Source of the DNA: an uncultured Candidatus Saccharibacteria bacterium
GTDB lineage: Bacteria > Patescibacteriota > Minisyncoccia > Phycocordibacterales > DATDWN01
Direction: 5' to 3'
NCBI GenBank assembly: GCA_964594005.1
Contig: CAZQKP010000002.1
Span: forward strand, 1-33,274
Length of the DNA: 33,274 bases
Of this stretch, positions 7,216 through 17,653 are shown piece by piece. Both the position numbers and the translations under genes were made by a program. A model generated the notes under the pieces. That model was not told the DNA's origin and did no database searches. It saw only the letters and a list, made by a program, of their open reading frames with translations. Numbering within the stretch: the stretch's first letter is position 1; every line of letters starts with the position of its first letter.

Positions 7216-8768
7216 ATCTTTTTATATATATAAATATTCTTACCAAGTCTACTTGAAGTAAAGAATGATGGGTCAAAATAATTGCCGAAGTTATAATCCA
7301 TCGAGTGATAATCCCCATTGCCATGAATAAAAGATGCGGCTAGGGTTAGATTTGAATTATTTACCAAGTGATCTGTTATTAGAAAAGAATAATTTAAGCT
7401 AGTCGGAGGCCAATCTTTACTTAAGGGATCAATTACTTCCGGCTTGAAATCACTATTCAAATTATAGGCAATGATATTTCTACATTTAGTGGCACAATTT
7501 ACATTCAACATTTCTTGCGAGGAGATTTTATTTTTTACTAATTCTAATTGTGGTATTTCATTTACAATCACAATACTCTGATTTTTTAAATTAGTATTTA
7601 CCCAGTCATAGGCTAAATTGTAAGTAGTTGGGATAGATAAATAATACAAAGCGGTCACCCCGATAAAAAATGATACTCCCCCGATAAGATAAAAAGACTT
7701 TTTAAATTTTGGCTCAAAAGAAGCGGCTAGAAGAATTACAAAGAAACCAAGCGGGAAAAGATATCTTAAAGAAGTTTTTAAATCAGTCACCCAATTCGCC
7801 ACCAGTGTAATTAGAATAAAATAAGACAGGAAATATAAACCAGAAATTGCAAGTAATTTTTTATTGAAATTTTTCTTGAGTGAGAGAAGTAGAACCAGTA
7901 TAGATATGGGGAAAAGAATAAATAACTTTTCTACATAAACCTTAAGAGAATCGATGAAATTTAGGTTTTGAGTTAGACCACTAGAAATAGGGTGATACTC
8001 TGTAAATATACTTATTATTTGAGCTCTTATACCTTGAAAATTAAATAAAGTTATTAATACATAAGCTAAGAGACCGCAGATGGCATATAGAAATATCTTT
8101 TTGAGTTTTGCTCTGTCGTTTCTAAAAAAATAAAACAGGGTAGGAACACATATAAGAGAATACAAATTCAACGGAAAATTGGCTAGGGCAAGGAATGAAA
8201 AGAGAATGGATAGAAAAATTGATTTATTTTCGAACTCATTTAGGGATTTATATAGATAATAGAAAGATATAATTACTAAAAACTCACTTAAAACCCACAT
8301 TTTTCCAGTGTGCAAAATAGTAAGAGTAATAATATTGGAAAACAAAAGGATAAGTAAAAATAACCTGGTTTTTTTCTCCACAACTTCTTTTAAAAGTTTG
8401 TTAACAAAATAAAGAATCCCTAAAGAAAAACACGCGCTGATTAAACGTAGCGAAAAATAGACCAGATATGGGGATTGAATTAAATACAATTTGAGCGCTT
8501 GCAGTTTGAACTTGAATATAATGAGATAAATCGGCAAAGTAACCAAGGTGACTGCGTAACTTGCTAGATAGGTTAAAGTACCATAGGGCACATCACCAGG
8601 CGCGGGAATAATGGTGTGATTTTCCATCGCTCTTAGAACACCCCCCACATAATACATTTCATCATTGACCACGTTTAGCATGGGAAAAGCATGCCAAGTG
8701 CCAATAAAAAAAGAAAGGCCAATAAGTATTAGGATTATCTTTTCGTAATTTAGAGTTTTAAGTTTCAT
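7212..8768 (-). CDS. Multi-pass membrane protein, putative GT-C-fold (ArnT/PMT-like) glycosyltransferase
   Basis: 518 aa with at least 10 hydrophobic segments. An acidic motif NDEMYY follows the first TM helix, where GT-C enzymes carry their DxD/ExD loop. A C-terminal soluble domain is present. The assignment rests on architecture only. Confidence 0.5.
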   Translation of the reverse strand: MKLKTLNYEKIILILIGLSFFIGTWHAFPMLNVVNDEMYYVGGVLRAMENHTIIPAPGDVPYGTLTYLASYAVTLVTLPIYLIIFKFKLQALKLYLIQSPYLVYFSLRLISACFSLGILYFVNKLLKEVVEKKTRLFLLILLFSNIITLTILHTGKMWVLSEFLVIISFYYLYKSLNEFENKSIFLSILFSFLALANFPLNLYSLICVPTLFYFFRNDRAKLKKIFLYAICGLLAYVLITLFNFQGIRAQIISIFTEYHPISSGLTQNLNFIDSLKVYVEKLFILFPISILVLLLSLKKNFNKKLLAISGLYFLSYFILITLVANWVTDLKTSLRYLFPLGFFVILLAASFEPKFKKSFYLIGGVSFFIGVTALYYLSIPTTYNLAYDWVNTNLKNQSIVIVNEIPQLELVKNKISSQEMLNVNCATKCRNIIAYNLNSDFKPEVIDPLSKDWPPTSLNYSFLITDHLVNNSNLTLAASFIHGNGDYHSMDYNFGNYFDPSFFTSSRLGKNIYIYKKI

Positions 8769-9621
8769 TTTTTTCTAAAATCATAAAAAAATTGTCACGC
8801 AGATTGATCGGTATAGATATTTTTGACAGCAGACCCAGGTTAATCAAAAAAATTCGCATTTTTTGCCATTTATAAAGCATCTTTAAAATGTACTGTAAAG
8901 TAAAGCTCTTCCCTATCTTAGTATTTACTTTTACTTTAAAACCCAGACCTTTCAAATATTGACTTAAATTATTAGGCGAAAAGTAATTTACATGCTCAGG
9001 CGGAATTATTAATTGCCAATATTTACCTAGTACTCTTGCCCATAAACTACTTGCATCTGGAGTATTTATTACCAGAAGTCCTCCTTTTTTTAAAATTCTT
9101 TTTACTTCCAGGAGATCCTCCTCTGGTGAGGTTAAATGCTCAACTACATCTAACATCGTAATTACATCAAAATATCCCTCTGGGAATTTGCCGTCCTCTA
9201 GCTTGCCGGCGACAACATTGAGACCTTTATTTCGGGCCATTTCCGTGGCAAAATTGGACAATTCTACCCCGGTGACCTCAAATCCTCTTGCCTTGGTCAA
9301 GCCCATAAAAAAGCCAGTAGCCGCGCCAATATCAAGAAGCTTTCCTTTTTTGAATCCTAAATTTGAAATTATATCCAAGTACCGGTTAAAGGTAGACACC
9401 ATAGGTTCTTTATCGGCGTCATAATCCACGTAACCAAAACCTGCTTCTGCCCCAGAAAAATAAGCCTTGCTGTAAACGTCGGGAGGGTTTTTAAGAGGTG
9501 GATAAATAAAAATTAATTTGCAGTTCCCGCATTTGTACAGATCATAACCATTTTTATTACAAAAAAAATGAGCCTCACTACCACATAACCAACAATTTAT
9601 TTTTTTAGGATCATTCGCCAT
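8758..9621 (-). CDS. Class I SAM-dependent methyltransferase with an N-terminal zinc ribbon
   Basis: CWLCGS...CGNCKLIF gives four Cys. Motif I is LLDIGAATGFF, and VITMLDVVEHL is typical of Methyltransf_11/23-type enzymes. Confidence 0.85.
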   Translation of the reverse strand: MANDPKKINCWLCGSEAHFFCNKNGYDLYKCGNCKLIFIYPPLKNPPDVYSKAYFSGAEAGFGYVDYDADKEPMVSTFNRYLDIISNLGFKKGKLLDIGAATGFFMGLTKARGFEVTGVELSNFATEMARNKGLNVVAGKLEDGKFPEGYFDVITMLDVVEHLTSPEEDLLEVKRILKKGGLLVINTPDASSLWARVLGKYWQLIIPPEHVNYFSPNNLSQYLKGLGFKVKVNTKIGKSFTLQYILKMLYKWQKMRIFLINLGLLSKISIPINLRDNFFMILEKNET

Positions 9622-10298
9622 GGCGCTAATATTCCTTCGTTCACAATATTATTTGAAATCTTGCTTTCTCCGCCCAAACGATTAACAAAAACAATAGGCA
9701 CTTCTTTTATTTTAGCGCCTTTTTTATACAGTGCGTATTTTAATTCCATTATAAAAGCGTAGCCAGAGGCGCCTAAATTGTCTAGGTTAACTTTGCGTAG
9801 GACAGCCAAGTTTATACAATTAAATCCACCAGTCATATCATTAACTGGCATTCGAGTAATAGTCCTGGCATAAAAATTTCCAAAAAAAGAAAGTAGCCTG
9901 CGCCACAATTCCCAACCAACTGTTTTGCCCCCCCAAATATAACGCGAACCTATAACTAAATCATAATTGTTACTCTCTTCGATTATTTTTCTTAAATATT
10001 TTGGATCGTGCGAAAAATCTGCATCCATCATAAAAACGTGGGTGAAACTACCATCTTTTATAATTTCCTTGAAACCTTGGGTATACGCCTTACCTAAACC
10101 CTCTTTCTTTTCTCTTGATAAAAGAGACAGATTGGGATATTTATTTATCAAATTTTTAACCTTATTACCTGTACCATCCGGAGAATTATCATCTATTACT
10201 TTAATGTAAATCTCCGGACATTCCTCAAAAATTTTGGAGATTACTTTTTCGATATTTGCCACCTCGTTATAGGTGGGCAGGAGAATGACATATTTCAT
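9597..10298 (-). CDS. GT2 polyprenyl-phosphate mannosyl/glycosyl transferase (DPM1/Ppm1-like)
   Basis: Motifs LLPTYNEVANI, DDNSPDGT, GLGKAY, MDADFSHDP. The likely start is ATG 10298 (MKYVILL); the tracked ORF extends to a TTG at 10322. Confidence 0.9.
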   Translation of the reverse strand: MKYVILLPTYNEVANIEKVISKIFEECPEIYIKVIDDNSPDGTGNKVKNLINKYPNLSLLSREKKEGLGKAYTQGFKEIIKDGSFTHVFMMDADFSHDPKYLRKIIEESNNYDLVIGSRYIWGGKTVGWELWRRLLSFFGNFYARTITRMPVNDMTGGFNCINLAVLRKVNLDNLGASGYAFIMELKYALYKKGAKIKEVPIVFVNRLGGESKISNNIVNEGILAPWRMILKK

Positions 10299-10339
10299 GT
10301 TTGCTAAATATACTATAGGCAAATACCAAAAACAATTTG

Positions 10340-11065
10340 TTATTTTTTAGCTGCTACCACCATAGCTGAGACTCCGAAAGGAAAATTAAAATACTTGAGA
10401 ATTGGTCTCTCGGTCGAAAAAATCAAATACATTAACTTGTTGACCAGCTTGTTTCCAATTTTATTTTCATCCTGCATCTGTATGCCCAAGGTTTTAACTA
10501 AAAGTCTGACAGAGGCTATAGGCGAAAAAAGAAAGAAATTAAAATAACTCCTTTTTTTAATCACAAAATTGTTACCCTCAACCAATTGCACCAAATTCTT
10601 TAGACGATAACGTCTATAATGCTGACTCAGAACATCCGTGATGCTCCACAAAAAATTAAAGGCAGGTACAAAAATAATTATTTGCCCATTTGGTTTTAAG
10701 ACTCGATAAATCTCTTTCATTGCTTTATCGTCATCTTTTAAGTGCTCTAAAACATCTAGAGCTAAAACTAAATCAAAATTTTCGCTTGGAAAAGGCAGGC
10801 TCTCCGCCGGAGCGACCTGTACGGATTCTATGCCCCTGCTTTTACAAAATGAAACTGCATCGGGGGAAAAATCAACCCCTTCTACTTGCCCATATTGTTT
10901 AAGCTCAGTCATAAGTGCTCCAGGTCCACAACCTACATCCAAAATTGAAATAGGTTTATTTTTGACAAATTTGTTAATTAAATCATGTACAATCCCCCGC
11001 CTGGTTTTGTACCACCAGTGCCCCTGCTCTACATCGTAAATTGTTTGGTAATGAATCTTTTGCAT
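10340..11065 (-). CDS. Class I SAM-dependent methyltransferase
   Basis: Motifs HWWYKTRR, ILDVGCGPGAL, VLALDVLEHL. The likely start is MQKIH at 11065, 2 nt after the asnB stop; the tracked ORF extends to 11116. Confidence 0.85.
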   Translation of the reverse strand: MQKIHYQTIYDVEQGHWWYKTRRGIVHDLINKFVKNKPISILDVGCGPGALMTELKQYGQVEGVDFSPDAVSFCKSRGIESVQVAPAESLPFPSENFDLVLALDVLEHLKDDDKAMKEIYRVLKPNGQIIIFVPAFNFLWSITDVLSQHYRRYRLKNLVQLVEGNNFVIKKRSYFNFFLFSPIASVRLLVKTLGIQMQDENKIGNKLVNKLMYLIFSTERPILKYFNFPFGVSAMVVAAKK

Positions 11066-11067
11066 AA

Positions 11068-12936
11068 TTATTTCATCCATCTCTGCCACCACATTGAAAA
11101 TACAAATAATGTCCAAATTTGCTTGCGATTATCTCTTTTGCCACTAAAATGTTCCGCTAGTAGATTTTCAATGTAATCGTAATTAAATAAATCCATTTTT
11201 GAAATTATTTCTTTATTAAGTAAAGCCAGAATATCTTTTTTTAAATCTCCCCGTAGCCATTCTGCTATTGGCATACCAAATCCCTTTTTATTGCGATAAA
11301 CGATATCTCTAGGTAACTTATCTTTCATTAATTCTTTCAATATATATTTTCTCTCTAAACCATGAAGCTTCATATCGGACGGTAAATGATTGGCTAGATC
11401 CACAATCGCAGTATCTAAAAATGGCGCTCGAACCTCTAGAGAATTGAGCATGCTGGCACGATCTACCTTAACCAAAACTTGATCCATCATATAAAGCCTC
11501 TGGTTAAGTAAAGCCAACTCATCATAATAATCTTTAAAATTACTACCTTTAATATATCGGTCGACATCTTCGTATTCATTTTCTTTTTTTACTTTTTGCC
11601 AAATATTTTTTAAGAATAATTTAGATTTATCCTTATGAGAAAACGCACCTAACCATCTTTCGTTACGATAGTCCTGATTACCCTCGAACCCACTTGTAAA
11701 TTTCTTTAATTTAAAGTCTAGACTAATGTTAGAAAAGGAGGTCGGTAAATTATTTATTGCTGGCTCAATTATTTTCTTCCTCAGTACAGCTGGAATAAAC
11801 TCGTAAATTTTTGCTAATTTATGAGCCAAAAACGTGTCGTAGCCAAAGAAAAGTTCGTCTCCCCCATCCCCACCTAAAGCAACTGTGACATGCTCTCTAG
11901 TAAATTTAGAAAGCAAAAATGTTGGAATAATAGAAGCATCTGCGATTGGTTCATCTAAATTATTCCCAATCTCCTTGATAATTTCTAAACCATCTTTAAC
12001 CGACAAGATCTTCTCGTAATGTTCCGTGCCTAAATAATTAGCAACTTCTTTTGCATATTCTGACTCATCAAATGACTTTTCTTTAAAACCGATTGAAAAA
12101 GTCTTTACTTTAGATTTACTCACCCGGGTCGCATAATAAGCAACTGTGCTACTATCAATCCCGCCGGAGAGGAAAACTCCTATAGGCACATCGGAAATAA
12201 GACGCTTTTCTATTGATCTTAAGAGACTGTGATTTAATTCTGTTTTTGCATTATCTAGAGAAGTTTCTTTGGGTAAAAAAGTTGGCTGCCAAAAGTTTTT
12301 TTTGTCGATATTAATTCCGTCATAAGTCAGGTAAGAGCCTGGTTCCAATTTATATGTATTTTTAAAAATAGAATGGGGAGTTGGTATATACTCGTAAGAT
12401 AAATATTTATTTAAGGAATTTATATCAATTTCTCTTTTAAAATTTGGATGATTCATTAAGACCTTGAGTTCTGAACCAAATAAAAAAAGGCCTTCATACT
12501 TATACCAATACAATGGTTTTTTACCCATTCTATCTCTCGCTAAATAAAGTTTGTTTTTCTTTTCATCTAAAAGCGCGATAGTAAACATCCCAGCTAGTTT
12601 AGAAAAAACTTCTTCGCCATACTCTTCGTAAAGATAAATTATTACTTCCGTGTCTGAATTACCCTTAAAATTGTGTTTTTCTTTTAGCTCATTTTTTAAA
12701 TCTTTGTAGTTATAAATTTCACCATTAAATACCAAATGTACAGTATCACTTTCGTTTGACATAGGTTGGTGTCCCGCCGCGGATAAATCAATTATAGAAA
12801 GTCGTCTGTGTCCTAGGCCAATATTATTTCTGACTAAGGTCCCTCGATCATCCGGCCCTCGGTAAGAAACCGAATCAATCATCTTGTCTAAAATTTTTTC
12901 ATTGCCTTCGCCCCAATAGCCTGCTATGCCGCACAT
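11068..12936 (-). CDS. asnB: Asparagine synthase (glutamine-hydrolysing) family amidotransferase
   Basis: 622 aa. N-terminal nucleophile MCGIAGYWG and the PP-loop SGGIDSS. It sits inside a glycan cluster, so the real substrate may be a sugar acid rather than aspartate. Confidence 0.92.
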   Translation of the reverse strand: MCGIAGYWGEGNEKILDKMIDSVSYRGPDDRGTLVRNNIGLGHRRLSIIDLSAAGHQPMSNESDTVHLVFNGEIYNYKDLKNELKEKHNFKGNSDTEVIIYLYEEYGEEVFSKLAGMFTIALLDEKKNKLYLARDRMGKKPLYWYKYEGLFLFGSELKVLMNHPNFKREIDINSLNKYLSYEYIPTPHSIFKNTYKLEPGSYLTYDGINIDKKNFWQPTFLPKETSLDNAKTELNHSLLRSIEKRLISDVPIGVFLSGGIDSSTVAYYATRVSKSKVKTFSIGFKEKSFDESEYAKEVANYLGTEHYEKILSVKDGLEIIKEIGNNLDEPIADASIIPTFLLSKFTREHVTVALGGDGGDELFFGYDTFLAHKLAKIYEFIPAVLRKKIIEPAINNLPTSFSNISLDFKLKKFTSGFEGNQDYRNERWLGAFSHKDKSKLFLKNIWQKVKKENEYEDVDRYIKGSNFKDYYDELALLNQRLYMMDQVLVKVDRASMLNSLEVRAPFLDTAIVDLANHLPSDMKLHGLERKYILKELMKDKLPRDIVYRNKKGFGMPIAEWLRGDLKKDILALLNKEIISKMDLFNYDYIENLLAEHFSGKRDNRKQIWTLFVFSMWWQRWMK

Positions 12937-12937
12937 G

Positions 12938-13879
12938 TTATAAATTAATATGTTCTTTTATTTCATAAGGTGTCCGACCAGCACTTTCAAAGTAAAGCCG
13001 CATAATCATTTCCGCGATCACTCCCATAGCAACCAAGACGACTCCTACAATGATAAATAATGCAGAAAATATTGGTAAAGGGGTGTCTACAAAATGCCTG
13101 ATATTAGCAATTTTTAATATGAGAGAGAGAATACCGGATAGAATTCCAATTCCAAGAGAAATAAAACCAATGCCGCCGAAAAAATGCATTGGCTTATTCA
13201 TGTACTTCGATAAAAATTTCACAACTACCAAGTCCATGAGAACATAAAACGTACGGGCTAGTCCATAATTAGTTTTACCGAATGTTCTCGGGCGATGATT
13301 AACCACAATTTCTGTAATTTTTCCTCCGCGCCAAGAAACATATGCCGGAATAAATCTGTGCATCTCCCCATAAAGCTCGACACTTTTAATCACATCACTT
13401 TTATAGGCTTTCATAGAACAGCCGTAATCATGTATTTTGACTCCGGTAATTAGTCCGATTAATTTATTTGCAATTAGGGATGGAATTTTGCGACTAAAAG
13501 TAAAATCTTTGCGATCTTTACGCCAACCCGAAACCGAATCATAACCTTCGGAAATTTTGTCCAAAAACTTAGGGATATCTGCCGGATCATTTTGAAGGTC
13601 GGCATCCATTGGAATTATCACTTCACCAGTAGCTTGCTTAATCCCAGCTGACATAGCAGCAGTCTGACCTGAATTAAATCTAAATGATAAAACTTTTACT
13701 TTTTTATCTTTGTGAGCTATATCTTTGAGAACTACGAGGCTAGAGTCCCTGGAGGCATCATTTACACAAATAATTTCATAATCCTTTTTTAGACTATCTA
13801 GAACAACTTTCAATTCCTTGTATAAAATAGGCAGATTTTTCTCCTCGTTATAAATAGGTAAAACAATCGAAATTTTCAT
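12938..13879 (-). CDS. GT2 polyprenyl-phosphate sugar synthase with two C-terminal TM helices (GtrB/ArnC/CsbB-like)
   Basis: Motifs VLPIYNEEKNL, VNDASRDSS, NSGQTAAMSAG, MDADLQNDP. The C-terminal hydrophobic helices are FFGGIGFISLGIGILSGIL and LFIIVGVVLVAMGVIAEMI. Confidence 0.9.
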   Translation of the reverse strand: MKISIVLPIYNEEKNLPILYKELKVVLDSLKKDYEIICVNDASRDSSLVVLKDIAHKDKKVKVLSFRFNSGQTAAMSAGIKQATGEVIIPMDADLQNDPADIPKFLDKISEGYDSVSGWRKDRKDFTFSRKIPSLIANKLIGLITGVKIHDYGCSMKAYKSDVIKSVELYGEMHRFIPAYVSWRGGKITEIVVNHRPRTFGKTNYGLARTFYVLMDLVVVKFLSKYMNKPMHFFGGIGFISLGIGILSGILSLILKIANIRHFVDTPLPIFSALFIIVGVVLVAMGVIAEMIMRLYFESAGRTPYEIKEHINL

Positions 13880-13907
13880 TGTAGGAATTGAGCTAACAAT
13901 AGAATAT

Positions 13908-15659
13908 CTAGTTCACTTTGTAAATAATGAAGGATTCGTCTGTATAAACCTTGGTTAAAAAAGTTAACTTAGCTAAGCCATTTTGGGCCTCCGTATAATA
14001 TGGGTAATTTTTTGAAAGAAGAATATAATCCATCTCATATCTTTTAAATAAAATTTTTTTGTCTTCTTTCTTTAAATCATTGTACCTAGCTACAAGTGGG
14101 CTGATTAAATTATCTGGAATCATTTCAATTTGAGGCCCTCTTTTGTAACCGAGAAGTGATAGGATTTTATCTTTGTTCTGCATAAAAAAATATGAATCTA
14201 CGTATTTATTCCCCCAAATATCTTTTTGGTTTGCTCGAACATAGTCTAAATTAAAATTCGATACAAATATATTTTGTATAAACCACCTGTTTTGAATTTC
14301 CTCATCCGATACAAGATAAAAGATAGAGTATGGATCAAAATAAGGTTTGTTGCGAGTGTAGATTGTAATCAGAGGATTTACATCACTACCGAGGACATTT
14401 ATAACAGAGTTAGGTGGTGTATTCTTGTTTAACCACTCAAAAATTTTTTGTCTTTCTTCTAAAACTAGCAGTCCCGATCGCTCTGGTACTCTGGGGACCC
14501 GGACTGTAAATTCTCTGTACTGCCTTATTGTCAAAACAGCGAAGAATAAAGCAAGTGATACTGGAACTATGAATTTATAAAGTTTTGATGAGCTATTCCT
14601 ATCTAAAAACCACGCCTTTAAAATTATTGCCGAAGACAATAATACAAATAAAATAGTTACGACCAAATAATGGCTTGGGAATTGTAAGGCTTGTCCAGAA
14701 ATAACATTTTGCCAATTTAAAATAAAAACACTTAAGATTAAGCAAAAGGATAAATACAGACTTTTTTTATCAATCCTCGTTCTATATATAAAAAGAATTA
14801 TAAAAACTAAGATACTAAGTAGTATATTCGAATAAGCTCCAGGCCAATGAGAATAAATCATGCCTATTCTATACGACAAATCTAGATACCAAGGGGATGA
14901 TTTAGCCGTGAGGAAAGATGCTGTGTATATAATGGCAAGGGGAATAAATGATGTAAGGTAAAATTTTAAATTGTGAAAAGATTCTTTGGTACCTTTTGCA
15001 AGAGCTAACCCGGCTAAAGTAGTTAAGAAATACAAAACAACCAAAGCTGTCCAATAGTAAGGTGAGACGAAAAGACACAAGCCGGTTATAAAACCAAGCC
15101 ATAAATTGATAGGCTTATTTACTCCATTATTTATATAGTTCTTGAAAATTAGAATTAACCCGGGCAAAAGAAAAAGCATTGTTAACTGGGGGCTTATTGG
15201 TCGACCAAATGTTTGAAAAAACAAGATGAAGAAAAAGGAGGTAAACAAAACTGAATATATTTTTTCTTTTAGAATTGAATGGAAAAGAAAATAAGACAGT
15301 AAAAAAAGTGAAGGCACAATTAAATAGCCAGAAAGTAGCATAGCTAGAGGCACAGAAAGGCTAAATATTTCAGATAAAAGTGCGATTAGCCACTCTGGCA
15401 AAGGTGGCTGAGCAAAAATATCTTTTTCATGTTCTTTTAGATAAGGATTACCGATAAACAAATCCCCGTTTACTACACTTGAAACCCTGGCTAAATAATG
15501 AGTCTCATCTTCAATAAAAGTAGGATAAACCCCTTTAAAATCATGCCCCAGACTCGCAATTGAAATTAATCGCGGCAAAATAATTGCTATAGTAAAAAGT
15601 ACTGCAACTATTACCGCCAGCTTGTGATCAATAATAGATTTTTTAATTCTGCTGAGCAT
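13908..15659 (-). CDS. Large multi-pass membrane protein with a C-terminal soluble domain, putative GT-C-type glycosyltransferase
   Basis: 583 aa with about 12 hydrophobic segments. The acidic motif FIEDETHY follows TM1. It is adjacent to the GtrB-like GT2. No specific family was recognised. Confidence 0.45.
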   Translation of the reverse strand: MLSRIKKSIIDHKLAVIVAVLFTIAIILPRLISIASLGHDFKGVYPTFIEDETHYLARVSSVVNGDLFIGNPYLKEHEKDIFAQPPLPEWLIALLSEIFSLSVPLAMLLSGYLIVPSLFLLSYFLFHSILKEKIYSVLFTSFFFILFFQTFGRPISPQLTMLFLLPGLILIFKNYINNGVNKPINLWLGFITGLCLFVSPYYWTALVVLYFLTTLAGLALAKGTKESFHNLKFYLTSFIPLAIIYTASFLTAKSSPWYLDLSYRIGMIYSHWPGAYSNILLSILVFIILFIYRTRIDKKSLYLSFCLILSVFILNWQNVISGQALQFPSHYLVVTILFVLLSSAIILKAWFLDRNSSSKLYKFIVPVSLALFFAVLTIRQYREFTVRVPRVPERSGLLVLEERQKIFEWLNKNTPPNSVINVLGSDVNPLITIYTRNKPYFDPYSIFYLVSDEEIQNRWFIQNIFVSNFNLDYVRANQKDIWGNKYVDSYFFMQNKDKILSLLGYKRGPQIEMIPDNLISPLVARYNDLKKEDKKILFKRYEMDYILLSKNYPYYTEAQNGLAKLTFLTKVYTDESFIIYKVN

Positions 15660-16782
15660 TTTTAATAATATCTAAAATCTCTCTTGCTCTTTTATCCCAG
15701 GAAAACTTCTCCACATCTGCTCTCGCTTGTTTCGTAATCCTATTTGTAAGTTCGGTATTACTCAAAGCTTGGTTAATGGATGAAACAAAAGAATCCGCAT
15801 TATCGGCTTCAGCTAGTAGTGAGTTACTCTCATTTAATACTTCCCGTAAAGATGGCAAGCTGGAAGCAATGATGGGCCGACCCGAAGCCATGTATTCAAA
15901 CATCTTGAGAGGTGAAGTATATTCAGAAGAAATCTTGTAGCTTTTTGGACTAGGAATCACCAAAACATCTGCCGCCTTCAAGTAAAATGGCATATTATCC
16001 CTCGCCTCAAATGGTCTTATAATAATATTTTTTTGTAAGGCGTATTTTTTCTTGAAATTACTTATTTCTGGTTCCACCCCTCCCACAAAAACAAAATTTA
16101 CATCTGGCATCTTTATAGCAACCTGCGCCAGAGTTTCGACTCCTTTCCATGCATAAAGATGACCTTTATACAGTACAATTTTCCCCGCTAATGGCAGCTT
16201 GAGTCTTTCTCTAGCCTCTTCCTTATTAACCTGAATATCGAATTCTTTTATTTCTACCCCGCTCGCAAAAATAAATATTTTTTCTGCTGGAACACCGAGC
16301 TCGATTAGTCTATTTTTCAAATTATTATTTAGAACAAAAAATAGTTTTGATTTGTTTAAGGCCTTTTTAAATAAAAATTTTGATTCTGGAATATCGTGTA
16401 TTTCAAAACAAACAAATTTATCCTTGGGTAATATACATGGGATAAGATAATCCCTTGTATAAAAAATAGTATCAGGTGAAGAATCTGTGAACAGAAAATG
16501 GGTAATTGAAGCAAAGATTAAAGTATCGATCCAGTAGAATAATTTTCCAAGTTTCAGAGTCTTACCCAAAAGATCACTGTTGAAAATACTTTTTATTTCG
16601 AAATTTCTCTTAATCTTATAGTAACTGAAGGGCTCTCCCAATTTATCTGTATCTTTTCTTTCTGGCACATACAAGGTCACACTATGACCTAGACTTGCAA
16701 ACTCTTCGCACATTTTCATAATGGCATAGCCTTGCGCCCGGCTAGTCGGAATCCTGACGTTAGTAATATATTTAATATTCAT
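15643..16782 (-). CDS. GT4 (GT-B fold) glycosyltransferase
   Basis: 379 aa with the EX7E-type region SPLKMFEYMASGRPIIAS. Confidence 0.88.
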   Translation of the reverse strand: MNIKYITNVRIPTSRAQGYAIMKMCEEFASLGHSVTLYVPERKDTDKLGEPFSYYKIKRNFEIKSIFNSDLLGKTLKLGKLFYWIDTLIFASITHFLFTDSSPDTIFYTRDYLIPCILPKDKFVCFEIHDIPESKFLFKKALNKSKLFFVLNNNLKNRLIELGVPAEKIFIFASGVEIKEFDIQVNKEEARERLKLPLAGKIVLYKGHLYAWKGVETLAQVAIKMPDVNFVFVGGVEPEISNFKKKYALQKNIIIRPFEARDNMPFYLKAADVLVIPSPKSYKISSEYTSPLKMFEYMASGRPIIASSLPSLREVLNESNSLLAEADNADSFVSSINQALSNTELTNRITKQARADVEKFSWDKRAREILDIIKNAQQN

Positions 16783-16789
16783 GGGCTTA

Positions 16790-17653
16790 TTAACTCACTC
16801 GCTCTCCTGGACCAATAGATTTTTTATATTTGTATTTTTTCTGTAAGTGCACTTTAAATGTTTCAAAATGATTCTCGGAAGTGAAAGGAGAATAAAATTT
16901 GTCTTTAACTAAATCTGACCTGACAAAAAAAGTATCGTTGCCCATAATAGAACAGCCAACCAACGTGTAACCTTTTTCTTTGCCAAGAATCTCTAAGGCC
17001 TTAACACTGGCGCCAAAATAAGTAGACCTATCCCAGACATGTTCGGGGTTATATTTCATTACCCAAGAAATTGATGGCCCGAAAAAAGGGTTGCATTCAA
17101 TTACTACCACCCTGGGGTTATAATTTTTAATAGCTTGCCAGACCCAATAATCATTGCCATCAATATCAATCGATAACAGATCAAACTCTTTGGGCACCTT
17201 ACTTTCCTTAAATAAATTCTCAATATTTTCAGCAGTAATAAATGTATTTTTAACATTTAGCTCTTTACCAATATAATTTTCAAAATTTTTCTGAATACTT
17301 TTAAAAAAGGAGTTGCTACCCTCTAGCCACTCGCCATGCCAACCAGATAAGAGGAGAGAGGCGGTACAATTTTCCAAACCATCACTTACCCCAAATTCCA
17401 CAAAAAATTTATTGGTTGTGCCAATTCTTTTAAAAATCTCGGCAATAACCCCATCCTCTCCAGATTGAGAAAAAACATTGTATTCGTATCTATTTAATCT
17501 TTTAGGATCGGCGTATTTGGGATTGTTGAGAACATTTTCTTGAAAGTAATCCTCCGATAATACTTCCCTTACAAAAGAAACCTCGCGAGATAACTCTCCT
17601 ATCCCTAATTTTTCTTTAATATGAAAAAATAATTTTTTTATAAATGACTTCAT
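16790..17653 (-). CDS. FkbM-like methyltransferase (tentative)
   Basis: FVEFGVSDGLENC and DLLSIDIDGNDYWVWQAI...VVVIECNP resemble the FkbM/Methyltransf_21 pattern. The assignment rests on motifs only. Confidence 0.45.
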   Translation of the reverse strand: MKSFIKKLFFHIKEKLGIGELSREVSFVREVLSEDYFQENVLNNPKYADPKRLNRYEYNVFSQSGEDGVIAEIFKRIGTTNKFFVEFGVSDGLENCTASLLLSGWHGEWLEGSNSFFKSIQKNFENYIGKELNVKNTFITAENIENLFKESKVPKEFDLLSIDIDGNDYWVWQAIKNYNPRVVVIECNPFFGPSISWVMKYNPEHVWDRSTYFGASVKALEILGKEKGYTLVGCSIMGNDTFFVRSDLVKDKFYSPFTSENHFETFKVHLQKKYKYKKSIGPGERVS

